Source: Naegleria gruberi (taxonomy: Eukaryota). From it: 64,000 nucleotides of DNA. This document shows, one piece after another, positions 29,494 through 39,565 of this stretch (position 1 is its first letter; every line of letters begins with the position of its first letter). A model generated the notes under the pieces. The model was not told the DNA's origin. It saw only the letters and a list, made by a program, of their open reading frames with translations, and made no database searches. The translations under genes and the position numbers were made by a program. The stretch lies in NCBI GenBank assembly GCA_000004985.1, contig GG738857.1, one strand, 5' to 3'.

Positions 29494-30607
29494 ATTCGGT
29501 CGTCAAGGAAAACCTCCAATGATGGCAGTCAACCAAGTAACGTCAGTAATCCATTGGTTGTCACATTATCAAAACCTTCATTACAAAATGAACAGTAGAG
29601 TACTCTTAAAGAAGTGAACCATTCCAAACTCTACAACAAACTGACAACTCTCCGCTCATTGTAAACTATCGCTCTATGGCCTCAATTTGATTCTCTCTAT
29701 TTTTACAATTAAAAATCAAAAAAATTGATCCTCAAATTAATCAATTATATTACATTACGTACGTAGAGTAGTCAATGAACAACAACATTCCAAGCAACCT
29801 AACACCATTTGAAACCTCCCTCAACAATGCACCAGTATTCAGTATAATTAATACTTCAACAACTGAATATTAATACCTCCACGATCAAGAATCTTTTCAT
29901 CATCATCAAGAAAATATATTGTACTGAGTTTTGAAGCATCAGAATTTGAACCTTTTTTTGTCTTCTCTCTCGGTTAAAGCACAAGAAGAATATTTTCTTA
30001 TTCCTACCACACATCCTCAATAATATCGAATCTTTTTGTGGATTAATTCACTGCTTCATTGCTTCATCATCAAAGGACTGTTTGAGTTTTGAATATTCAA
30101 AAGTTTTTAGTAAAAAACAAACACGTCTCATCAACCAACCAGAAAAACCCCATTCAACATTAATATTTGATATCGGATTTTGAATAGGACATTAAATCCT
30201 CAAGTAAGCACCACCCTAATTAATTTTCATTCAATAGAAAGTGAGAACTCTCAAAACAGCCTTTCATTCTTCATCACCATCAAACAATTTAGAACTTCTA
30301 AAGGCTTCTTCATCAGCAACAAGGAAGATAATTTAAATTTTTATTTTCCGCGCCTCTTTTAATCAAGACACAGTAGGATCGTTAGTTCCGACCACAAAAT
30401 CTTCCATAGGATTCACCACTTGTGCTTACTGCAAACAAGTTGTTGTGTTCCAGGTTTTTAGCTTTTATCGATAAAAAAAGACAAGACTTGTTGTATCATC
30501 TCTCACTCTATCACTAAGAAGAATCAAAGCAGCAGACTGTTTTGATTGCAAGAGTAACTGTCAAGTTTGAATATTCATCATCACCATCATCATTATCAGC
30601 AATAACA

Positions 30608-31685
30608 ATGTTTGAACAATTATTGGAAGGAAAGGCTTCTGTTGCCTTATCTCAATTAACTTTCCAACTGCAAGAAAATGTATATAGTCAATGGACGGAA
30701 GATTACACTATTTGTTTGGTCTCTTTCGTGAATAGTATTCTGTTTCATACGCTGGTTTATTTGGTTATTTCGCCACTCATATCCAGAACTTTTAAATCAT
30801 ACCGTGAAGGAAGTGAAGAAACCAAGATTGAGTGGAATAGTCGTATGGTTAGTAATGTACATGCTGTGTTGTATGTCCTCTTGTCATGTTACTGCATCCT
30901 TATAGAGAATGCTTTCCCTACTTTTTCAATGGATGAAGCAACGAAAATGTCAAGATTTGCCGTTTGTTATGCTGGAGGATACTTTTTATATGATTTGGTT
31001 CTGATTTTCAGATATCCAAGTAAGTTTTTCAAGTTTTATTGAATGTAATGGGTTACTCTATTCTCCTATTAATTATTATTATCTTCATCAATCATGAACA
31101 TTGTTGCTTTCACAAATATTTTTGAACTCTTTCCTGAATTATTCAAATTGATTATTTCACCATCATCATGAACAATGTCTTTACTACATGGCCACTTAAT
31201 ATTAATAATGAAATATTATTATCATGCCATTGTTAAAATTCTAACAATCATTAGAACTCGGAGGAATTGCCATGTGGTTCCATCACGGATTTGTTCTCTT
31301 TGGTATTCTCAGTATTTGGTATTGTGACAAATATTGGGTAGTTTTATGTTACTATTCCATTTTGGAGGTTTCCACTCCTTTTGTCAATGCTAGATGGTTC
31401 TTGTTGGCTTGTGGATTGAAGGAATCACCATTCTATTTCATGAATAATGTTCTCATTTGGCTTGTTTTTGGAATGTGTAGAATGCCATTCGTTTTATTTG
31501 GACCTTACCTCATCTATGTGAATCATGACAAGATGTTCCAACATTCATTCTATTTTGCCTCCATTCTGTACATTCAAATTGCCAATATTAGTATTTTGAA
31601 TGTTTATTGGTTTGGTTTAATGTCTAAAAAGATGGTGGAAACTGCCTCTTCCATGTTATCATCCAAAGCAAAGAAGAATTTGTAA
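30608..31685 (+). CDS. TLC-domain (TRAM/LAG1/CLN8-like; TLCD/TMEM56-type) membrane protein, two exons (30608..31019, 31255..31685)
   Basis: ATG at 30608. GTAAGT donor at 31020 and TAG acceptor at 31252..31254 give a 235-nt phase-1 intron. It joins '..LIFRYP' to 'KLGGIAMWFHHGFVLFG..'. Multi-TM protein with the conserved 'WFHHG', 'CDKYW' and 'EVSTPFVNARWFL' TLC signatures. Confidence 0.75.
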
Positions 31686-32294
31686 ATTTCACTTCATTAC
31701 AATCAAAGAACCACTCGATTGATAACAGTTGACAATTATTATCATCCAAAAGGTTTGATTATTATCCTATTTCCACAAACTAATACCAAAACCTTGCAAT
31801 TTACCCATTCAATCTTAAAGTAAAACATACTCAATTGAGCCATAATCATCTTGATCTTTGTTCTCTNTCACTCTTAATGAAATACCATCTAAAAACAATA
31901 CCTTCCTCATCCTTTTCCACTCTTCTACAATCAGCACCTAATTTCCATTTCCCAACTGTGAAAGTATCATTCCAAACTTGGTCCCTTCTCGTCATCCCAT
32001 TGTCAAGCATCTGTCCAGCCAGTTTGCTGAATTGAGAAACCTTTCAAGAGAAATTTTTCCAACAAGAAAAAAATTTCATCTTCACAATCACCACGATTCT
32101 CTCTGCACGTGTTGTTGTTTGACTTGTTGTGTCGTTGTCGTCTTTGAATATATTATTATAGAGGAGAATTTTGTAGTGTTGTACATATTGTAAAATTATC
32201 AAGAGATTGCAAAGAGTGTATTATTATTGTCATTGAGTATCTTAATAATCATAGAGTGTATTCGTCATCATCAAAATTATAAATTATCAACAAT

Positions 32295-33849
32295 ATGAGT
32301 AATAGTGATAGTAGTGAAGGTAGTTTGGATATTACCATCTCTGAAGAAACACAAAGTAGATCCCAAATTGCTAAAGCCATCCTCAAGGAAAAGTATGGTT
32401 CACAAAAACTGGTAAAGGAAGGTGTATCCACTTGGACTGATCTTCTTAAATCACGTCTTTCATTGGCTGATTTTGATGTCATCAAGGTTATTGGTAGAGG
32501 TGCTTTCGGAGAAGTAATGTTAGTCAGAAAGAAGGATTCAAAGGAAGTTTTGGCTTTGAAAAAGTTGATCAAGAAGGAAATGATGAAGAAGAAGCAAATT
32601 CTCCACGTTAGAGCAGAAAGAGACATTTTGGCCCATTCTAATAATCCTGTATGTATTGTTTTTATTCTCTCCTCTGTAATATTTACCAACAACTATATAA
32701 TGTATTCTTCTAATTGACAATTTTATTATATAATATTTGATAATATATTTAATAATTATTCATCATATCACGTGACGATGATGTTGTATTATTGGATATA
32801 TAATGGATGACAAACTTTTCATATGATATCATATGGAACTGTATTCAATATACAAATTTAAACATTAACAGTGGATTGTAGATTTACGTTATTCATTCCA
32901 AGATGATGACAATCTCTACTTGGGTATGGAATTCTTACAGGGAGGAGATTTGATGACTTGGTTGATAAAGAAGGAAATTTTCACGGAAGAACAAACAAGA
33001 TTCTACATTGCAGAACTCATTCTTGCTGTTGAATCTATTCACAAAATGAATTATGTACACAGAGATTTGAAACCAGATAACATTTTACTCGATTCTAGAG
33101 GTCACATCAAGTTGACTGACTTTGGATTGTGTAAGCCTTTTGATGAAGATCCATTCGAGGATGTCAGTGAAGAAGAAATGAAACAAGCTCAACAAAATGA
33201 TCAAAAAGGTCCAATTGACAAGGTTGACTCATTGTCTAGAAGAGAAAAGATGAGAAGTTGGAAGATTGAAGGTAGAAAAATGTTATATTCCACTGTTGGT
33301 TCACCTGGTTATATTGCTCCAGAAGTTTTGTTAAAGAAGGGATACAGATATGATTGTGATTGGTGGTCTGTTGGTGTAATTATGTACGAAATGATTTATG
33401 GTTATCCACCTTTCTATGCTGATGATCCAATCAAGACATGTCAAAAGATTGTCAGATGGAAACACTTTTTGGAATTCCCTGATGATATTAATGTTAGTGC
33501 TGATGCTAAAGATTTACTTCAACATTTATTATGTGACACTGACAAACGTTTGGGATCAGAAGATGATAAATCAAGAGGAATTGATATTATCAAGAAACAT
33601 CCATTCTTCAACGGATTTGATTGGTATACTGTCAGATCCAAACAAGCTCCATTCACACCTGATGTCAAATCTGATTTGGATACAACCCACTTTGATGAAT
33701 TTGGTACACCTGGTGTTAATAGCCCAACTGTTCTCTCCAAATCAAAGGTTGCCAAAAATCAAGTAGCCGAATTTACTAATTTTACCTATGTCAGAGATCA
33801 AGATAAGAGCAGAAAAGGTTTGGATTCAATCTTCCCAAATCAAAAATAA
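32295..33849 (+). CDS. NDR/LATS-family (Cbk1/Dbf2-like) AGC Ser/Thr kinase, two exons (32295..32648, 32872..33849)
   Basis: GTATGT donor at 32649 and CAG acceptor at 32871 give a 223-nt phase-0 intron. The spliced product reads '..AHSNNP|[21 protein letters not shown]..'. Motifs [31 protein letters not shown]. It has the NDR-typical long activation-segment insert between DFG and '[10 protein letters not shown]', and a C-terminal hydrophobic motif 'FTNFTYV'. Confidence 0.9.
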
Positions 33850-34305
33850 ATTTTACAACACATTCAACATTCAAATAAATCTGTCAATATTATTTGTGAT
33901 GAATCATCAATGTGCAAATTTGAGCAAAACGATCAGTAATACCGCGTGCAACATTCTTTACTAATATTTTCACACTTTACAATTAACAGCTACCAAAAGA
34001 GGCAAGCTTTACAACAAGTATTTAACATTATGTTTGATTTGACTTGATTCAACAGGAGTATCCTTCATAAATGGTCTTCGTTAGTCTTGCATATCGTTAT
34101 ACCTGCATTATGAGTGTTAGATTCCCACTGTAATGAAGGTTAAATTTCACTCCAGCAACTTCCTCAACCGCAAGCTTTTAATAGCCACTTTTAACCTTCT
34201 TGTAACCTAGCAAGAAATCTTCAAATACTTCACTTTTAAACCACAGCTTAAAAAAATCAACAACAATCTTCATCATCCAATTAATTTATTATTACTTATT
34301 ACAAA

Positions 34306-36672
34306 ATGTCCCACTCCTCTCTTATTGGTTCATCTGTTGAATTTTTGCAAGCTTTGGAACAAGTTGGAAAACAAGCTGGCACCGAATCATCATCGTCCTA
34401 TGTTGCTCAAGAAAGATTTTTGGGTAGCAAGGATTTGATCAAAACAAGATTCGGGGATGATAAAAGTGCCTTGGAAAGAGTTGTTGTAGATTTGATGGAT
34501 TCATCAAAGACTCCACTCATCAGAGATCAACGTATTGGTGTCAAATTGGCAATCCACCAACAAGTTAATAAGAGTGGTTTGAGAGCCTTGTTATTGGCTG
34601 ATCAATCGAGAACCTTGAGTGATTTGATTGCTGCTCACGTTCATCAAGTATTTACTAATGAAGAATTATTGAATTTATTTGATGATGAAAATTTAAGTGA
34701 ACACACAAGAGTGAGAGTAGAAAAGACTATTCGTAATGAATGCAAGAATTTGATTCTTGATGTTGTTAAGAAGATTATTGGAAAGGTTAAACCTTCGGAA
34801 TGTGTTGTTTTACTTTCTCATTTGCCATCATCGACACCAAGTGAAGCAATTTTGGAACTTTTGAATGAATTAAAACTTGAAACTCTCGAAGGATCAGTAA
34901 TTGTTAGAAAGCATCCAGAAGTTGTTGCCAAGTTTATTAGACAAGAATTGGATAAGACTATCAAGGGAGCTGTTCCACAAGTTTCATTGTGGAATCTCTT
35001 GATTGCTACCTTGAATGAACTTTCATCGGTTTTCAACACATTGAGCAAGGTTAATCCAACACTTGCCTTTGCCATCATTGATGAATACTTTGTACAATAT
35101 GCTCTCAAGGAAGATATTCCAGTTGATGCTGTTCAATCCTACTTGTTGCTCAAGGTTAAAAACTTCCCAGAAACCTTCAAGTCATGCATCAATTCCAAAT
35201 CCAAGATTCAACTCAACGTTTCACAACTTTTGAAAATGTTCTCCATCGAAGATGTTGCTGGAATTTATTTGAAGAAGCTTGAAACTTTAAATTATGCTAC
35301 TTCACCAGAATCAAGTGCCTTTTTGAGATCATTCGAAGTTTACGATAACAGAGATGCCAAGAAGGTTGTCATTCTCATTAGCAAGTTGGTTGCTAAGGGT
35401 GCTACTGTTGAAAAGTTGAGTGATTGGATCTTTAGAAATGTTCAACCATCAACTGATATTCCAAGCTTTTTGAAATACTTCCCACTCCCTGTTATCCACA
35501 GTGTCGCTACCAAATTGTACGAAGTTAGAAAGTTGAAAGACTTTTCCACTCCAGATCAAGAATCCAGATATTGGAGATATATGAATATGGTTGAAGAAGA
35601 AGCTTCCTATAAGAAATTTAAAGGATCTTGCTCAAATTCTAATTCCAATGTCAGACTCAATGTTTTACTTGACTTGTTCTTCTGTTCTCTCTTGCACAAT
35701 AAGAGAGTTAAGGAAACTTTGGAATTTATGGATTCTCGTTTGAAGAATGATGTCGAATCAATTCCTACTGTCATTTCAACCCTTTCTAGTGATATCTTCT
35801 TTGCTACAAAAATCTTTTCTCTTTACAAGAATGAAGAATATAGAGAAGCTTTACACACTCTCTTGGAAAATACTGCCAAAAAGTCAGAGGCTCCATGGTA
35901 CTACAGAAACTTCTTCTCATCAGTCTTCCGTTATTATAAGGATGATATTACAGTTCTCAAGTTCCTCATTGAGAAAACTTCCAATTTTGCCAAGTTTAAC
36001 GATATGGGCTTTATTGGTCTCTATGGTGTTACCTTGAAGCCAGAAATTCACAAGGTTGTCTCTGAAATTCTCTTCCAATCTATGATAAACAAAATTGAAT
36101 CTGAAGGAAATCCTCAAATATTGAGAGATGTATTGAACTTGGGAAGATACAAGAAACAACCAAAACACGTTAAAGAATTATACCAAAAGTTCTTCGACGA
36201 ATGGATTCCACTCATTTTCAAGAAGGATCCTTACATTGGTTCAGTAAATGATATTGCTAATGGTGCATTCAAAGGTATTGAAAAGAAGGAAGCCATCGAA
36301 TTGGTGAAAAAGGTATTGGCCTATGAAGCTGCTTTCATCATGTGTGATAGAGTTCAAAAATTATTGCTCTCCCGTACCACCAACTTGGAAACTGATTTCA
36401 TCTTCAAATTTATCAGGGAAAAGGCCTTGACTGGTGCTGAATTGCAAGCTCTCTCTTCTAGTGGTTTTATTCATAGTGATTATGTTGCCGCAATCCTTCC
36501 TCAATATTTGGGAAGCTTGAGACTTGAAGAATTTGCTTCTCCAGAACTTACCAGAAGACTCATCAGTACCTATGAAAACTTGTTGTTCAGATGTGGAAGA
36601 GTTAACCCTATTAGTTTCTGCTCAACATATGTTTCTAATACCAGTATTTGCAAGATTATGATCAAGACATGA
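34306..36672 (+). CDS. large helical-repeat (HEAT/ARM-like) protein, 5' part (788 aa before an assembly gap)
   Basis: Long ATG ORF, predominantly alpha-helical in appearance. No catalytic motifs. It stops 18 nt before the 609-N gap. Confidence 0.55.
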   Translation: MSHSSLIGSSVEFLQALEQVGKQAGTESSSSYVAQERFLGSKDLIKTRFGDDKSALERVVVDLMDSSKTPLIRDQRIGVKLAIHQQVNKSGLRALLLADQSRTLSDLIAAHVHQVFTNEELLNLFDDENLSEHTRVRVEKTIRNECKNLILDVVKKIIGKVKPSECVVLLSHLPSSTPSEAILELLNELKLETLEGSVIVRKHPEVVAKFIRQELDKTIKGAVPQVSLWNLLIATLNELSSVFNTLSKVNPTLAFAIIDEYFVQYALKEDIPVDAVQSYLLLKVKNFPETFKSCINSKSKIQLNVSQLLKMFSIEDVAGIYLKKLETLNYATSPESSAFLRSFEVYDNRDAKKVVILISKLVAKGATVEKLSDWIFRNVQPSTDIPSFLKYFPLPVIHSVATKLYEVRKLKDFSTPDQESRYWRYMNMVEEEASYKKFKGSCSNSNSNVRLNVLLDLFFCSLLHNKRVKETLEFMDSRLKNDVESIPTVISTLSSDIFFATKIFSLYKNEEYREALHTLLENTAKKSEAPWYYRNFFSSVFRYYKDDITVLKFLIEKTSNFAKFNDMGFIGLYGVTLKPEIHKVVSEILFQSMINKIESEGNPQILRDVLNLGRYKKQPKHVKELYQKFFDEWIPLIFKKDPYIGSVNDIANGAFKGIEKKEAIELVKKVLAYEAAFIMCDRVQKLLLSRTTNLETDFIFKFIREKALTGAELQALSSSGFIHSDYVAAILPQYLGSLRLEEFASPELTRRLISTYENLLFRCGRVNPISFCSTYVSNTSICKIMIKT

Positions 36673-36689
36673 GAAAGCTTGCTGTGAAC

Positions 36690-37298
36690 NNNNNNNNNNN
36701 NNNNNNNNNNNNNNNNNNNNNNNNNNNNNNNNNNNNNNNNNNNNNNNNNNNNNNNNNNNNNNNNNNNNNNNNNNNNNNNNNNNNNNNNNNNNNNNNNNNN
36801 NNNNNNNNNNNNNNNNNNNNNNNNNNNNNNNNNNNNNNNNNNNNNNNNNNNNNNNNNNNNNNNNNNNNNNNNNNNNNNNNNNNNNNNNNNNNNNNNNNNN
36901 NNNNNNNNNNNNNNNNNNNNNNNNNNNNNNNNNNNNNNNNNNNNNNNNNNNNNNNNNNNNNNNNNNNNNNNNNNNNNNNNNNNNNNNNNNNNNNNNNNNN
37001 NNNNNNNNNNNNNNNNNNNNNNNNNNNNNNNNNNNNNNNNNNNNNNNNNNNNNNNNNNNNNNNNNNNNNNNNNNNNNNNNNNNNNNNNNNNNNNNNNNNN
37101 NNNNNNNNNNNNNNNNNNNNNNNNNNNNNNNNNNNNNNNNNNNNNNNNNNNNNNNNNNNNNNNNNNNNNNNNNNNNNNNNNNNNNNNNNNNNNNNNNNNN
37201 NNNNNNNNNNNNNNNNNNNNNNNNNNNNNNNNNNNNNNNNNNNNNNNNNNNNNNNNNNNNNNNNNNNNNNNNNNNNNNNNNNNNNNNNNNNNNNNNNN
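36690..37298. other. assembly gap (609 N)
   Basis: Run of N. The listed ORFs made of X spanning it are artefacts. Confidence 1.
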
Positions 37299-37441
37299 TC
37301 AGCATTAATTGAATTTTTGGAACTAAATTCCTTCCAAAGAATGCCAAGAAGGATGAAGAAAAAGTTGAACAAGATGAAGAAGAAGATGTTGAAGAAGATG
37401 ATGAACAAGAACCTGTAGAAGCTGGAGAAGAAACTGTCAAG

Positions 37442-38860
37442 ATGGATGTTGAAGATAATGCCACCAGATGCTTGGCCTCCCTCGTCAGAATTTACTCTCA
37501 AAACCCAGTTGAACATTTGCAATATGTTTTAGAAAATATCAGCTCTGAAAACGTCTTGTACTACTTCTCTGCTATTGGTAGAATTTCAACCTTCTACAAT
37601 GATGTCAAATTCATTGATGCTTACTGTGCCATTTTGAAGAAGCAATTCACTGAAGTTCTCACTTCCAAACAACCTCTTCCAACCAATATGAGCATTGCTG
37701 TTCAAAAGATGTTAATTTCCAGACTCAAGGCCTACGTTCAACATTTGAATAGTGAAATTCCAAGTAAGATTGTTGATACTCTCGTTCAAATTTGGGATTT
37801 GAAACCACAAAAGGATGTTCAAGTTGCAATTTTGAGCACCATCTTGTTGGCTATTAAGAATGATAGAACTGATCAACTCTACAATAAGGCCAAGAGTATT
37901 TTGGAACAAGCTACTACTCATGAATATGAAGATATTGTTCTTGCATTGGCTGGATTTGGTCCAACTAAGAATGTTACTACCATGAGAGAAATCTTCTCCT
38001 TGAGATTGAAGACTCTTGAACATCCAACTTCCAAGATTCAAACCTCTGCATGGTCAACTGTTTCCAGCTCTGCAACCACACCTTCCTTCATTAAGAGAGT
38101 TGCTTCAGAAAGTTTCAATCCTATTGCCTTGTTCAGAAAGTACATTGTTGATGCTGTTCTCACTTTTAATCCACAACAACAACACAATATTGCCAACGTT
38201 GCCATTGATGTCTTGCTTAAGGAAATTATTCAAACTCCAGAAGAAGCTGGTTCAATTTTACTTGACAGTATTTTGGTTCCTCTCTTGACTGAAGAAAAAT
38301 ACCAAAAACTCGATAGAGAAACTTACAATGCTGATATTACTTGGGATAGACCTGTTAAGGCTCGTTTGGCCCATATTGTCAATTCTCTTTCTACAAAGGT
38401 TGCATCTACTTACTTGCTCATTTCAGACAGCAATAAGCAAACTATTCAATCAAAGATTGTTTTACCACTTGTTGAAGTTGTTAAGAAGCACGTTCAAAAT
38501 CGTCTTCCATATGTCTGCATTGTTTCATCAATTAATACTAACTGGAATGATGTTGACTCTGTTGTTCAAAACTCAATCAAGAATGTTGCCGATTTATTAA
38601 GTGATGTTGAAGAACCATTGAAGACCCTCATTTTGTCCAAGATTGTTAATCACTCACATCAAATTACTCTCAATAGATCCAATGTCAATGTTCTCCTTGA
38701 TGCAGTTGCAAAGGTTTTGAATAATGCCAGTGAATTCTCTCAAACTGAACAAATTATTGCTACAGGAATTTTGATGAGTCTTGGAACTGCTGATGACAAG
38801 ACAAGAGAATTGAAGAAGATTGCCAGAAAGAGTAATGTTCTCAATTTGTTGACTGAATAA
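37442..38860 (+). CDS. helical-repeat protein, probably the 3' part of the 34306 gene
   Basis: The frame is open from 37313, directly after the gap. It opens with an acidic linker 'DEEKVEQDEEEDVEEDDEQEP', then runs ~470 aa of helical repeats. Strand and character match 34306..36672. An ATG is at 37442. Confidence 0.5.
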   Translation: MDVEDNATRCLASLVRIYSQNPVEHLQYVLENISSENVLYYFSAIGRISTFYNDVKFIDAYCAILKKQFTEVLTSKQPLPTNMSIAVQKMLISRLKAYVQHLNSEIPSKIVDTLVQIWDLKPQKDVQVAILSTILLAIKNDRTDQLYNKAKSILEQATTHEYEDIVLALAGFGPTKNVTTMREIFSLRLKTLEHPTSKIQTSAWSTVSSSATTPSFIKRVASESFNPIALFRKYIVDAVLTFNPQQQHNIANVAIDVLLKEIIQTPEEAGSILLDSILVPLLTEEKYQKLDRETYNADITWDRPVKARLAHIVNSLSTKVASTYLLISDSNKQTIQSKIVLPLVEVVKKHVQNRLPYVCIVSSINTNWNDVDSVVQNSIKNVADLLSDVEEPLKTLILSKIVNHSHQITLNRSNVNVLLDAVAKVLNNASEFSQTEQIIATGILMSLGTADDKTRELKKIARKSNVLNLLTE

Positions 38861-38911
38861 ATAGTTTACAAAGATTAATTGTATTAAATATTCATTTCAA
38901 TTTGAAGTAGA

Positions 38912-39460
38912 CTACGAAGGATCAGGCTCGCCTGCCATCCTCCTCAATATATAGGTTACCAAAGGATCAAATGTGTTAAAAGCATAAACAATAAACACAA
39001 TTGACATTATGGCTAATACTACAAATAAAATAATTGCCAATCCTAATATAACTATTCCTACAATCTTAATTTCCGCATTCCCATTCAATCCAAACGTCAT
39101 GGCCATTGTAAAATCACTCGCGTTATTGTAGTAACATCCAAGTATTGGTGTAGAATTGGTCAGAACAACGACATTAGTTTCGTCTAGAATCGAACAAGGA
39201 AATTCAACCTTTTCTTCTTGTTCTACTGTTATTGAATAATTATCTTTCCTGAGATAGTATCTCATAATTGTTGTATCCTTACAAGTTCCTCTTCCTGCAC
39301 ATGTGCTTGTTGCGATTTTACATTCCGAAGCAAAACAATCTTGATGATGGGAACCTGTCAATGTAAATGCCACCATGACAGTTCCTACAGAGCACGAGAT
39401 GATCAGGATGACGCAAACGGAGAGAAGAAAGATACCCAACCGAAGGTAGAAAACATGCAT
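38912..39460 (-). CDS. small Cys-rich single-pass membrane protein (family member 1)
   Basis: Signal/TM 'LRLGIFLLSVCVILIISCSVGTVMV'. Then 'LTGSHHQDCFASECKIATSTCAGRGTCKD'. Then a C-terminal TM 'IVGIVILGLAIILFVVLAIMSIVFIVYAF'. Paralogous to 47206..47563. Confidence 0.55.
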   Translation of the reverse strand: MHVFYLRLGIFLLSVCVILIISCSVGTVMVAFTLTGSHHQDCFASECKIATSTCAGRGTCKDTTIMRYYLRKDNYSITVEQEEKVEFPCSILDETNVVVLTNSTPILGCYYNNASDFTMAMTFGLNGNAEIKIVGIVILGLAIILFVVLAIMSIVFIVYAFNTFDPLVTYILRRMAGEPDPS

Positions 39461-39565
39461 TCGTCTTCGAGGTATTTTTTAGAGATCGAATTTATTCGAA
39501 AGTTCCCTTGTGTCATAAAAGGAAAGATTTAAAAATTAAATTTAATACAATGTGACCCAATTCCA

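Noticed and set aside
36622-37522. Three listed ORFs spanning 36622..37522 that consist mostly of X
   Set aside because: They are translations of the 609-N assembly gap.
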